A stretch of DNA of 64,000 bases from an uncultured archaeon (GTDB lineage Archaea > Altiarchaeota > Altiarchaeia > JAFGQM01), in the NCBI GenBank assembly GCA_964619365.1, contig CAZUDQ010000003.1, forward strand, positions 35,960 through 99,959, given 5' to 3'. The translations under genes and the position numbers were made by a program. The notes beneath the pieces are model-generated. The model did not search any database. It was not told where the DNA came from and saw only the letters and a program-made list of their open reading frames with translations. Positions 45,959-55,195 of the stretch are shown piece by piece; position 1 is the first letter of the stretch; each line of letters starts with the position of its first letter.

Positions 45959-46543
45959 TTAGTATGTTTCACACTCAAGTTCAAAGTACTCTTTTGGGTG
46001 GTCACAACTTGGGCACCTGTCCGGTGCTTCTTCACCTTTGTGCACATACCCGCATTTCATGCACATCCAGATTTTCTCAGTGTTTTTCTTCCAGGCAGTT
46101 CCACCTTCAAGCACATTAAGAAGTTTCTTATATCGCTCTTCGTGGTGAGACTCTGCAACAGCGATTGCGAAAAGACGCACTGAAACTGCGTCAAGCCCCT
46201 CTTCTTTTGCCACTTTTGCAAAGTCTGGATACATTGAAGTATACTCATAGTTTTCACCTGCGATTGCAGCCTTCAGATTATCCTTTGTTGTTCCGATTGT
46301 CGTTGGAACCGAGGCCTCAATCATTATGTCTTCAAACTTCTTTCCGCATTTTTCCTGAAGCTCAGTTATCATGCGCATAAGCCACTTTGCGTGCTCGCGC
46401 TCGTTTTCTGCTGTAAGAGTGAAGAGTTCTCCCATTTGGTGGTAGCCTTCTTTATTTGCAATCTTTGCATATATAGTGTACCGGTTTCTTGCCTGGCTCT
46501 CGCCGACAAAAGCCTTTGCCAAGTTCTCTATAGTCTTTTCCAT
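45959..46543 (-). CDS. rbr: rubrerythrin
   Basis: AFVGESQARNRY, ENEREHA, GENYE..MYP, ESHHE, C-terminal CxxCG...CPxC. Confidence 0.96.
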   Translation of the reverse strand: MEKTIENLAKAFVGESQARNRYTIYAKIANKEGYHQMGELFTLTAENEREHAKWLMRMITELQEKCGKKFEDIMIEASVPTTIGTTKDNLKAAIAGENYEYTSMYPDFAKVAKEEGLDAVSVRLFAIAVAESHHEERYKKLLNVLEGGTAWKKNTEKIWMCMKCGYVHKGEEAPDRCPSCDHPKEYFELECETY

Positions 46544-46550
46544 TTTGAAT

Positions 46551-47747
46551 TTACATTATCTTGTTGTGTATATGTTTTAGTGCGATTTTCTCTGCCAAAA
46601 AGTCCAGTTCCTTAAAAGATTCTTTATCTGGCGCGCCTTTTACTATAACTGGATCTATTAATTCTGTTCCGGGGTGAGAGAACAGAGGCTGCATCTGCGC
46701 AAGTACGCGCTGCCCCCAGCCATAGGAGCATATTACAGACAGGAATTTAGCCTTTGGTCTAAGTGCGCCAAGTAGCATTGTAGCATAAGCTGCTTTTGGA
46801 TGGGGTCCTGTAAGGACAGCGGGCGTTCCAATAACAATTGTTGCACAATCAACACATTCTGATGCCAAATCCCCGATATCGCCATTTTCAAGATTAAATA
46901 GCTTTGTTTCTACTCCTTCTTTTTCTAAAGCTCCCTGAAGATATTCTGCCATTTTTTCTGTTGAGCCGTGCATGGAAATATATGCAATAACCGCTTTATT
47001 CGCAACATCATCACTTGTCCAGTCACGATACTTTCCGATTATCCATTCTGGGCCGCAGGAGCCTTCACCTTTGGCATAAACTGGACCGTGGGACGGCGCG
47101 ATTATCCTGATGCCCAGTTTTGATACGGTTTCAACATGCTTTCGCACAAGAGGTCTAAACGGCATCATAATCTCAGCATAGTAACGCTTTGCCTCAATTT
47201 CAAGTTCCTTCTCACACTCCGCCTGTGCCTTTCCTGTGACATGCGCTCCGAAAAGGTCGCATGAGAAAAGTATTCTGTCTTCAACAAGCCATGTTTGCAT
47301 AGTTTCTGGCCAGTGCACCCAGGGAGTTATTAAAAATTCAAGAGTCTTGCCACCCAGGTCTAGGGTGCGCCTGTTTTCAATAGTATCAATCCGTGAAAGT
47401 GGGATAAAAAGAAGCTCGTTTAGAAGCTCTGCGCATTTCTCGTTTGTGACAACGCGAGCATTTGGATACTTTTCAAGCACCTTTGGCAGGAGTCCTGAGT
47501 GGTCCTGTTCTGCGTGGTTGACAATTATATAATCAGGCTCTTTTGGAAGCTCTTTTAAGTTTTCCAGATATTCGTTCTCTGTTGAAGGGTCGGCAGTATC
47601 AATCAACGCACATTTTTTTGTCCCCCGCACAAAATAAGAATTATAAGTCGTTCCCTTTGGCGTGGGGATAAGTGCGTCAAAAAGCCGCCTTTTTGGGTCT
47701 TCAGTCCCAACTGCAAAAACACCATCAACTAATTTTCCAAATGTCAT
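46551..47747 (-). CDS. fprA: flavodiiron protein (A-type flavoprotein)
   Basis: GTTYNSY, NHAEQDH, VHWP, SCDLFG, PSHG, flavodoxin SMHGST. Confidence 0.95.
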   Translation of the reverse strand: MTFGKLVDGVFAVGTEDPKRRLFDALIPTPKGTTYNSYFVRGTKKCALIDTADPSTENEYLENLKELPKEPDYIIVNHAEQDHSGLLPKVLEKYPNARVVTNEKCAELLNELLFIPLSRIDTIENRRTLDLGGKTLEFLITPWVHWPETMQTWLVEDRILFSCDLFGAHVTGKAQAECEKELEIEAKRYYAEIMMPFRPLVRKHVETVSKLGIRIIAPSHGPVYAKGEGSCGPEWIIGKYRDWTSDDVANKAVIAYISMHGSTEKMAEYLQGALEKEGVETKLFNLENGDIGDLASECVDCATIVIGTPAVLTGPHPKAAYATMLLGALRPKAKFLSVICSYGWGQRVLAQMQPLFSHPGTELIDPVIVKGAPDKESFKELDFLAEKIALKHIHNKIM

Positions 47748-47853
47748 TATAGATTATTATCTCCAAAACTTAGTAACATCATTCTATATAAACAAGGCTT
47801 TATATTAACAAAAGTTCTAATACATATGTTTTTAGGTTATTATATATAAAGAT

Positions 47854-48276
47854 ATGGTTCGATTTTCAAACTTAGAGCTGATAAAACTTTTAGAGGGCAA
47901 TGGAAGGGCAAGTTATTCTGATCTTGCAAGAAAGCTCGGCGTTTCAGACACTGCGGTAAAGAAGCGAATGCGCTCTCTTGAGAACTCAGGCCTTATCCGA
48001 GGTTACATGGTTGATGCCGACCCGCGTAAACTAGGTTTTGCGATTCATGCCTTAACTGGTGTTGATACAGAACCCCAAGAATACTTAAGAGTAATACGGG
48101 AACTTAAAGACTGGCCTGAGAACCGCAGGATATATTCGTCATCAGGCGACCATATGATAATGTGCGATGGCTGGTTTGTCAATAACAAAGAGATTGATGA
48201 TTATATCCAGCGTATCGAAGCAACAGACGGGGTAACAAAGGTCTGCCCGGCAATAATCCTTGAAAGGATAAAGTAG
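47854..48276 (+). CDS. Lrp/AsnC transcriptional regulator (LrpA-like)
   Basis: HTH GRASYSDLARKLGVSDTAVKKR, SSGDHM, CPAIILE; divergent from fprA. Confidence 0.93.
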   Translation: MVRFSNLELIKLLEGNGRASYSDLARKLGVSDTAVKKRMRSLENSGLIRGYMVDADPRKLGFAIHALTGVDTEPQEYLRVIRELKDWPENRRIYSSSGDHMIMCDGWFVNNKEIDDYIQRIEATDGVTKVCPAIILERIK

Positions 48277-48279
48277 TTT

Positions 48280-48837
48280 TTACTCAAATCTCATTGCAGC
48301 CTTTAATGCGACATAAGCACAAATCCCCCCGATTGCCGCTGTAAAAAGTTGAATTGCCCCCATACTAACAAGGAATACCTGTGGCAAAAGTCCGATTCCA
48401 ACAAGAACTGCTGAAGTTCCAAAAAGGAAAAGTGTCTTTAAGGATACCGAAGCACCAAGAGTTATCCAGTACTTTTTTTCTTCCCCTTTCTTCAAGGAGG
48501 CAAATTTTCTCATACCAAATACAAGTATGGCATTGCCAAGCCAAATCGCAGGGACCATCATGAGTAAGTATGGTGTCAAAGGTCCAAAGACAACACCTCT
48601 TGATATTGCGCCAAGTGATGGGGCAAGAAGCAGCGGAAGGATGAGTTCTGTGCGCTTTAGTTTTAGTGCCGAGACGACAAGAGTCGCGTTGACTATACTT
48701 CCTAAGACTATTTGCGGCCCTCCAAGGAGAAACGGAACAAGATATCCTACGGTAAAAAGACAAAAGAAGGTTGAGGTCTCATTAAGACTTGAAAATATGT
48801 GCAGATAAGTATTTTGTAATTTATTGCTTGATTCCAT
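48280..48837 (-). CDS. multi-TM protein resembling an ECF transporter S component
   Basis: 185 aa with about 6 hydrophobic segments; Q..LGSIVNA, PS, GN, LK..FL, QLFTA.IGG. Confidence 0.6.
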   Translation of the reverse strand: MESSNKLQNTYLHIFSSLNETSTFFCLFTVGYLVPFLLGGPQIVLGSIVNATLVVSALKLKRTELILPLLLAPSLGAISRGVVFGPLTPYLLMMVPAIWLGNAILVFGMRKFASLKKGEEKKYWITLGASVSLKTLFLFGTSAVLVGIGLLPQVFLVSMGAIQLFTAAIGGICAYVALKAAMRFE

Positions 48838-48853
48838 TTTATTTATTTTAATC

Positions 48854-49930
48854 TTAGGGGAACAGGGATTTAAAGTCGTTTACGTGCAGGATGCTCTTTG
48901 CTTTTTTCTGATAAGGTTTTCCAAGATAATCTTTGTATAGCTGTTGGATAAGATGGTTCTCATGCGCAGAGCGTACTACTGATGCGTCATCATAATGCTT
49001 AAGTGCCCTGATTCTTGCAGATATCGCTTCATTCTGTCCGGCATTTGGCATTCCTGGCCCTCCGACACAGCCACCGTTGCAAAACATCATCTCGACCATA
49101 TGGTAGTCGCGGTTCTCTCCAGCCTTGAAATCATCACAGAACTTTTTTACTCCCATTGCGCCTTCAACCATGGCGACTTTTATCATTGTTTTGCCACAAA
49201 GGATTTCCTTTTCACGGATTCCCTGGCCGATAATCTTTTCCTCATAAAGGTGCTCTTCATTGTCGCACGTGCCACCATAAAGTGCGGCATAAGTCCTTAA
49301 AGTTGCTTCAGTTACGCCACCTGTTGATGCGTATATTGTTCCGGCCGAAGATGTCATGCCAAACGGTGCATCATAAAAGCCGTTTTTAAGAGATTTAAAG
49401 TCTATGCCTTCTTCTTTAATCCACCTTGCAAGCTCCATTGTTGTAATGACGCCGTCAGTATTTCCATTCTTTCCTTCGTTCTTTTTTGCAAAGCAGGGCA
49501 TTATGGCACTTACAGACACATTACCCCAATTCCGCTCGTAAGTAAGATACTCTTTTGCAATGGAGGATACCATTTCCATCGGGGATTTACATGTTGAAAG
49601 GAATGGAACTATTTCAGGGTGCATGCGCACACATGTCATAACCCATGAGGGGCAGCAAGAAGTAAACATCGGGAGGAGCTCGGGGGCATGTTCTATCCTG
49701 TAATTGAGTTCAGCTGTCTCCTCCATTATTCGAAGTTCAGCCCCAAAATCAGTTTCAAAGACTCGCTTAAACCCTAAGTGGTGAAGTGCCGCAACAAGCT
49801 TTCCTTCAAGAAGCTCGCCTGGGGGCATACCAAAGGCTTCGCCTATTGCAGTGCGTATGGACGGCGCCGTCTGTACACATGCGAAGAAATTACTTTCAAT
49901 GGCATCCTTTATCGTCTCAATGTCGCCCAT
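48854..49930 (-). CDS. hydA: minimal [FeFe]-hydrogenase (H-cluster domain plus fused small-subunit tail)
   Basis: L1 FTSCCPSW, L2 MPCFAKKNE, L3 EMMFCNGGCVGGPG; tail SAHEN..IQQLY..YLG.P...ILH; no N-terminal ferredoxin motifs. Alternative TTG start at 49951. Confidence 0.92.
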   Translation of the reverse strand: MGDIETIKDAIESNFFACVQTAPSIRTAIGEAFGMPPGELLEGKLVAALHHLGFKRVFETDFGAELRIMEETAELNYRIEHAPELLPMFTSCCPSWVMTCVRMHPEIVPFLSTCKSPMEMVSSIAKEYLTYERNWGNVSVSAIMPCFAKKNEGKNGNTDGVITTMELARWIKEEGIDFKSLKNGFYDAPFGMTSSAGTIYASTGGVTEATLRTYAALYGGTCDNEEHLYEEKIIGQGIREKEILCGKTMIKVAMVEGAMGVKKFCDDFKAGENRDYHMVEMMFCNGGCVGGPGMPNAGQNEAISARIRALKHYDDASVVRSAHENHLIQQLYKDYLGKPYQKKAKSILHVNDFKSLFP

Positions 49931-50002
49931 TTTAAATTGCTGATTAATCAAGTAAGTAGGAGTGCTTGTAATTTGGCATTCCTCAAATAAAAGGACGTGG
50001 TA

Positions 50003-50623
50003 ATGGGAAAAGAAAACATAAGTAAAACAGTCTTAAACGCAAGAGATGACGTGTCTAAAATAATTGATTCAAGACTAAATGAATTCCAAGACAACTATAG
50101 TTCCGATAAAAAAATAATTTCAGAACTCTTCTTTTGTATTTGCACGGCAAACAATAGCGCCGAGCGGGGACTTGCCGCCCAGGAAAAAATAGATTTTGAA
50201 AACCTGCCAGAAGATGAGCTTCGCGGGAAAATGAAAGAAATCGTATGCAGGTTCTATAACAACAAGACAGACTACACTCTTTTCATGCGCGAGAATAAAC
50301 CAAAGATACTTAAAGCCCTAAGGAAAGCAGATTCCGGCCCCTCTGCAAGAACCTGGATAACAAAAAACATCAAGGGACTTGGCATGAAAGAAGCTAGCCA
50401 CTTCTTAAGGAACATAGGATTCTCGGATCTTGCAATAATAGATTTCCACATAGTAGATCTCCTTGTGCGGGAGAATCTCATAAAACGCCCAAAGTCAATA
50501 ACGCAAAAAGAATATCTTAACACCGAGCAGGTTTTATCCGATCTCGCATGGGAGCTTAAAATGGGGCTTGATGAACTAGATCTTTATCTTTGGTATATTG
50601 AAACGGGAAAAGTCCTAAAATAA
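50003..50623 (+). CDS. ogg: 8-oxoguanine N-glycosylase/DNA lyase
   Basis: ELFFCICTAN, RFYN, KGLGMKEASHFLRNIG, AIIDFH, LDLYLWY.ETGKVLK. Confidence 0.95.
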   Translation: MGKENISKTVLNARDDVSKIIDSRLNEFQDNYSSDKKIISELFFCICTANNSAERGLAAQEKIDFENLPEDELRGKMKEIVCRFYNNKTDYTLFMRENKPKILKALRKADSGPSARTWITKNIKGLGMKEASHFLRNIGFSDLAIIDFHIVDLLVRENLIKRPKSITQKEYLNTEQVLSDLAWELKMGLDELDLYLWYIETGKVLK

Positions 50624-50666
50624 TCCTCCTAATATTATAATAACAAACGTCAAGTTTTCTTAAAAA

Positions 50667-51167
50667 ATGGAAATAGAGATTCGTGATGCCACAGAAGCAG
50701 ACCTTCCCAAACTTAATTCGATTGTAAACAATCCGGAAGTCTGTCGTTTTCTTGATGTGGAATTTCCAGTAGAGTTCAGTGCCACCCAAGGCCTATACCA
50801 CGCGGTTCTTGAAAACAAGGAAAACTCCTGGTTCTGGCGCGTTGCAAGCATTGATGGGGAACTAGTGGGCTCTCTTACAATAATGCCAAAAGCAAAAGGC
50901 ACAAAACGTGCGCATGTTGCTGATCTTGGGATTATGGTTGCAAAGGATTTTTGGGGAAAAGGAGTCGGAAAAGCATTGATGCTTGATGCAGAGGAGAAGA
51001 TGAAAACAGCAGGTATTGTGCGAATCCAGCTCGAAGCATCGGAAAAAAACAAGCGCGCGCTTGCACTTTATGAATCTGCAGGGTACAATAAAGAAGGGCA
51101 GCTTAAGTCAGCCACAATGACAGACGGCAAACTATGTGATAGCATCGTCATGGGAAAGATATTATAA
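50667..51167 (+). CDS. GNAT family N-acetyltransferase
   Basis: FWGKGVGKALM, NKRALALYESAGY. Confidence 0.92.
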   Translation: MEIEIRDATEADLPKLNSIVNNPEVCRFLDVEFPVEFSATQGLYHAVLENKENSWFWRVASIDGELVGSLTIMPKAKGTKRAHVADLGIMVAKDFWGKGVGKALMLDAEEKMKTAGIVRIQLEASEKNKRALALYESAGYNKEGQLKSATMTDGKLCDSIVMGKIL

Positions 51168-51234
51168 ATTTTTAAACTATACTTTTGCTCAAAGCTTTAA
51201 TTCGACGAGCAATTAAATTAGAAAAGAAACTCAA

Positions 51235-52698
51235 ATGGCTCGTTGCGACAAATGTGGAACTGAAGTCCCAAATGGAATTGCCCTGTGTCCTAACTGCGGG
51301 CATTTCTTGGCCAGCAAAGATTCTGAAGAGCCAAAGCAAGAAAAAAACATAGACTTGCAAGCCGACATTGGCAAATCCGATATAAAAGAAGAGCAAATCC
51401 CAGGCAACGAAGAAAATCCGGATAGTGAAGAAGTTCCAGACAAAGAAGAAGTTCCTGACAAAGAAGAAGTCCCAAAAGAGCCTGAAGATATTGAAGAAGT
51501 CCCGAAAGACCCTGAAATAAAAGAAGAGGAAGCTAAAACCGATGAAAAGGACGTCTCAAGGGAAGAGATGCTTTCAAAAATAGCAACAAGTTCCCATCTA
51601 GAAAAAGACAAAAAGGACAAAGACACAGTAAAAGTGTCTGGCAGTAAAAAGAAACTAATATTTGGTGCCCTTGGAGCAGTCATTGCCATAATGATAATAT
51701 TTGCAATTTTACAATCGGGCATGCTTGAGGGGGGCGCCCCTGAAAGTGGATGCGTTCCGGCATGGCAATGCACCCCCATTAGTAATTGCACAAATGGCTT
51801 TTTTGACCAGAGTTGCGTGGATTTAAACTCATGCGGCGTGATGGACACCATGCCCGCACTTACGATGCCCTGTGGCGATAATAATACTGAAAATAATACG
51901 TCCCTGAATGCTTCAAGCTCCGCTAATAACACGACGGAGACTGGACTCTCACTAAATGAGCTTCTTGCTCCAAGACTTCTTGCACAAAATGTCTTTAGGA
52001 CGCCCCAAGACATGTTCTGGGAAGACGAACTTAAGACTGAGGATTATACCATAATACGCTATTATTATACGTCCGACTGCGACAGCTGTTTTTACCCTGT
52101 GAATATAGAGAACAATCTAAGGGACATAGCAGGTGAGGCCAATGGCCTTGTAGTCCTTGAAGTAATAAATGCAGAAGAATATCCAAGTGATGCGAAGAAG
52201 CATGCCACATTTGTCGGCAGGCTTTATGTGCCATCAATTGTCATAGAGTCGGCTTCCGGAAAAGAGGGCATATATTCAGAATATCTTTCCAATAGCCTTG
52301 ATTCTGGCATAAAAGAAGCGACCATAAATTCGATTTGTAAGCTCACCCCAATGTGCGACTCCACAAATGATACATTAGTATTCAGTAGAGACTGGCTACT
52401 CTCATGGAACAACAAGAAAGAACAGGAGAGAATAGCAGCAGAAAGAAATCCTGATGAAGATTCGGTTAATGTCACAATAACAACAATAGACGGTAATTTT
52501 TACTTAGAGGACTGTCAGATACAACTACCTCTTGAGAACATAAATGCGATAAGTAATCTTTGTTCTTGTGTCAGGTATTGTAATGGCAATAAGGGGCTTG
52601 AGACATACCGTTATTCAAACGAGACAAATTCCTGTATATGTAGGGCAGAGGGTGCAAGCGATGAGACAATGGAACTGCTTTTTGGAAACAGTAACTAA
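51235..52698 (+). CDS. zinc-ribbon / acidic linker / TM / Cys-rich and thioredoxin-like exported protein
   Basis: CDKCG...CPNCG; EEVP repeats; one TM; CVPAWQC...CVDLNSCG; YYTSDCDSC...VPSIVI. Confidence 0.75.
   Translation: MARCDKCGTEVPNGIALCPNCGHFLASKDSEEPKQEKNIDLQADIGKSDIKEEQIPGNEENPDSEEVPDKEEVPDKEEVPKEPEDIEEVPKDPEIKEEEAKTDEKDVSREEMLSKIATSSHLEKDKKDKDTVKVSGSKKKLIFGALGAVIAIMIIFAILQSGMLEGGAPESGCVPAWQCTPISNCTNGFFDQSCVDLNSCGVMDTMPALTMPCGDNNTENNTSLNASSSANNTTETGLSLNELLAPRLLAQNVFRTPQDMFWEDELKTEDYTIIRYYYTSDCDSCFYPVNIENNLRDIAGEANGLVVLEVINAEEYPSDAKKHATFVGRLYVPSIVIESASGKEGIYSEYLSNSLDSGIKEATINSICKLTPMCDSTNDTLVFSRDWLLSWNNKKEQERIAAERNPDEDSVNVTITTIDGNFYLEDCQIQLPLENINAISNLCSCVRYCNGNKGLETYRYSNETNSCICRAEGASDETMELLFGNSN
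51427..51516 (+). repeat. in-frame tandem repeat encoding EEVP(D/K)
   Basis: gaagaagttccagacaaa gaagaagttcctgacaaa gaagaagtcccaaaagag ... gaagaagtcccgaaagac. Confidence 0.8.
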
Positions 52699-52761
52699 GC
52701 AAAAGAGTTCACAGACAGCAAATCCCCTCTAACAATTGCTCTTAACAATTAAGTCTTTAAG

Positions 52762-53775
52762 ATGAAAATAAACGGCAAAAATTACCGCAGTTCATGGATG
52801 GAAGATACTCGGGTTGCAATCATCGACCAAAGAAAACTACCGCATAAGTTTGAAATATTTTCCAGTAAAGATTATATAGAAACAGCCTATGCCATAAAAG
52901 ATATGATTGTAAGGGGTGCCCCGGCAATAGGTGCTGTTGCATGTTATGGCATGGCACAAGGCGCAATGTCTGGCGAACTGGAAAAAGCAGAGGAGGTTCT
53001 TTCAAAATCAAGGCCGACAGCTTACGATCTTTTTGATGCAATAAAATACTTTAAAGAAAACTGGGAAGAAGGAAAAGACCCAGTAGCAGTTGCCAACGCG
53101 TATGCTGACATCTCAGCAGAACGCTGCAAGAAGATTGGCGAGCATGGGGCACCCCTGATAAAAGACGGAGCCCGTATTCTTACTCATTGCAACGCAGGCG
53201 CCTTAGCCTGTGTTGACTATGGCACGGCAACATCCCCGATATATGAATCTGTCAGACAAGGCAAAGAGGTTTTTGTCTGGGTTGACGAGACTCGTCCACG
53301 TTGTCAGGGCGCGCGCCTTACAGCCTTTGAAATGGTCTCGGCAGGAATCCCACATGCCCTTATTGCAGACAACGCATCAGGCCATTACATGAGAAAAGGC
53401 GAAGTTGATATCTGTATTGTCGGAACAGACCGGGTTGCCCTAAACGGAGACATTGCAAATAAGATTGGCACTTATGAAAAAGCAGTCCTTGCAAAAGAAA
53501 ACGGAATTCCATTCTATATAGCAGCGCCCTTTTCTACAATAGATTTTTCATGCCCGGATGGCGATTCCATACCAATTGAGGAGCGCGGACCTGAAGAAGT
53601 AGAATCCATGTTTGGTCTTTGTGAGGATGGCAAGCTGGGAAAAGTCAGGATAGCCCCACAAGGGGTGTCAGTAAGAAACCCTGCATTTGACGTCACACCC
53701 GCAAAATACATAACAGGAATAATAACAGAAAAAGGCATCTTTAAGCCTGAGGAAATAAGAACACTAAAGGACTAA
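52762..53775 (+). CDS. mtnA: methylthioribose-1-phosphate isomerase
   Basis: DQRKLP, VRGAPAIG, RPTA, THCNAGALA, DETRP, NKIGT, NPAFDVTP. Confidence 0.95.
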   Translation: MKINGKNYRSSWMEDTRVAIIDQRKLPHKFEIFSSKDYIETAYAIKDMIVRGAPAIGAVACYGMAQGAMSGELEKAEEVLSKSRPTAYDLFDAIKYFKENWEEGKDPVAVANAYADISAERCKKIGEHGAPLIKDGARILTHCNAGALACVDYGTATSPIYESVRQGKEVFVWVDETRPRCQGARLTAFEMVSAGIPHALIADNASGHYMRKGEVDICIVGTDRVALNGDIANKIGTYEKAVLAKENGIPFYIAAPFSTIDFSCPDGDSIPIEERGPEEVESMFGLCEDGKLGKVRIAPQGVSVRNPAFDVTPAKYITGIITEKGIFKPEEIRTLKD

Positions 53776-53785
53776 TTATAAGAAA

Positions 53786-54583
53786 ATGGCAAAGATAGGG
53801 ATAATTGGAGGGTCTGGATTCTACTCACTTTTTGAAGATGCAAAAGAGCTCAAACTCTCGACTAAATGGGGAGACCCGTCCTCACCGATAACAACAGGTG
53901 AAATAGAGGGAAAAGAAGTGTCATTCCTCCCGCGCCATGGAAAAACACATGGGTTTGCCCCTCACATGCTTCCATATAGGGCGAATATAGATGCGCTCTC
54001 TCAATCAGGAGTCAGGCGCATAATCTCTCCTTGTGCATGCGGTTCCCTGCAAGCCGATGTTGCGCCCGGTGATTTTGTCATAGCAGACCAGATAATAGAC
54101 CGTACAAAAAACCGCCCGGACACTTTTTATGATGAGGGCAAAACAGTTCATGTCTCTCTTGCCGACCCTTATTGTCCTGAGATGAGGAAAATCGCGATTG
54201 AATCATGCGAAGCATGTGGTATAAATTACCACCCAAAGGGAACGGTTGTTGTCATAAACGGCCCGCGCTTTTCGACTAGAGCCGAGTCCCGTTGGTTTTC
54301 AGGAAATGGCTGGGAAGTAATAAACATGACTCAGTATCCAGAGGCCGCACTTGCCCGCGAGCGCGACATATGTTTTCTTAATATCTCGTTGATTACAGAT
54401 TATGACGCAGGTCTTGAAGGCAATCCTGAGATAAAACCAGTAACTGCATCTGATGTTGGAAAGATATTTGCAGAGAACAACGAGAAGCTAAAGACCCTTC
54501 TTGCCGAGATTGTAAAAAACTTGCCAGAAGAACAAAGCGACGCATGCATCTGTTCTAAAGCAACAGAACAGGCCGGCATGTGA
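53786..54583 (+). CDS. mtnP: 5'-methylthioadenosine phosphorylase
   Basis: GIIGGSG, PRHG, YRANI, GPRFSTRAES, NMTQYPE, TDYD. Confidence 0.95.
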   Translation: MAKIGIIGGSGFYSLFEDAKELKLSTKWGDPSSPITTGEIEGKEVSFLPRHGKTHGFAPHMLPYRANIDALSQSGVRRIISPCACGSLQADVAPGDFVIADQIIDRTKNRPDTFYDEGKTVHVSLADPYCPEMRKIAIESCEACGINYHPKGTVVVINGPRFSTRAESRWFSGNGWEVINMTQYPEAALARERDICFLNISLITDYDAGLEGNPEIKPVTASDVGKIFAENNEKLKTLLAEIVKNLPEEQSDACICSKATEQAGM

Positions 54584-54611
54584 GTTGAGAATGTATTGCG
54601 CTTATCACCGA

Positions 54612-55136
54612 TCACTCGTCGACTTCTATTTCAAGAAGGCATTTTACATCATAGCCCTTTAGAGGTTTTCTTCCCTCAAGACCCAAAAGCTCTATTAAAA
54701 ATAGTGCGCAAACGACTTCTCCTCCAAGGGACTCAACAAGCTCTACTGCCGATTTTGCAGTTCCACCTGTTGCAAGAAGGTCATCGACAAGCGCGACTCT
54801 TGCGCCTTTGGGAATAGCGTCTTCATGAATGCAAAGTATATCCTCCCCGTACTCTTTTGTCAGCTTTGCGGTTTTTACCTTATAGGGCAATTTACCGGGT
54901 TTTCTCAAGGGAACAAAACCAACACCGAGTTCGATTGCAAGGGGCGCTCCAAAAATAAAGCCGCGCGCCTCCATAGAAACGATATAATCAACGTTTAATG
55001 GAGCGAGAATGTCTTTCATCTGTGATATTGCTTCTTTAAACGCTTTTGCGTCTCCGACAAGGGGCATGATATCCTTAAACTGGATTCCGGGTTTTGGAAA
55101 ATCCGGCACGTTTCGTATATACTCATAAAGATCCAT
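54612..55136 (-). CDS. apt: adenine phosphoribosyltransferase
   Basis: PDFPKPGIQFKDI, EARGF, RKPGKLP, VDDLLATGGT. Confidence 0.96.
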   Translation of the reverse strand: MDLYEYIRNVPDFPKPGIQFKDIMPLVGDAKAFKEAISQMKDILAPLNVDYIVSMEARGFIFGAPLAIELGVGFVPLRKPGKLPYKVKTAKLTKEYGEDILCIHEDAIPKGARVALVDDLLATGGTAKSAVELVESLGGEVVCALFLIELLGLEGRKPLKGYDVKCLLEIEVDE

Positions 55137-55195
55137 ATTTTTCTCTTTTTGTTTTTTTGCGAGTTTTTGGTAACTTAAACGAATTTTGTTAAAAA

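Noticed and set aside
47748-47853. Specific Lrp operator between fprA and the Lrp gene (e.g. AACAAAAGTT)
   Set aside because: Only short palindromes in very AT-rich DNA, which cannot be told from chance by eye.
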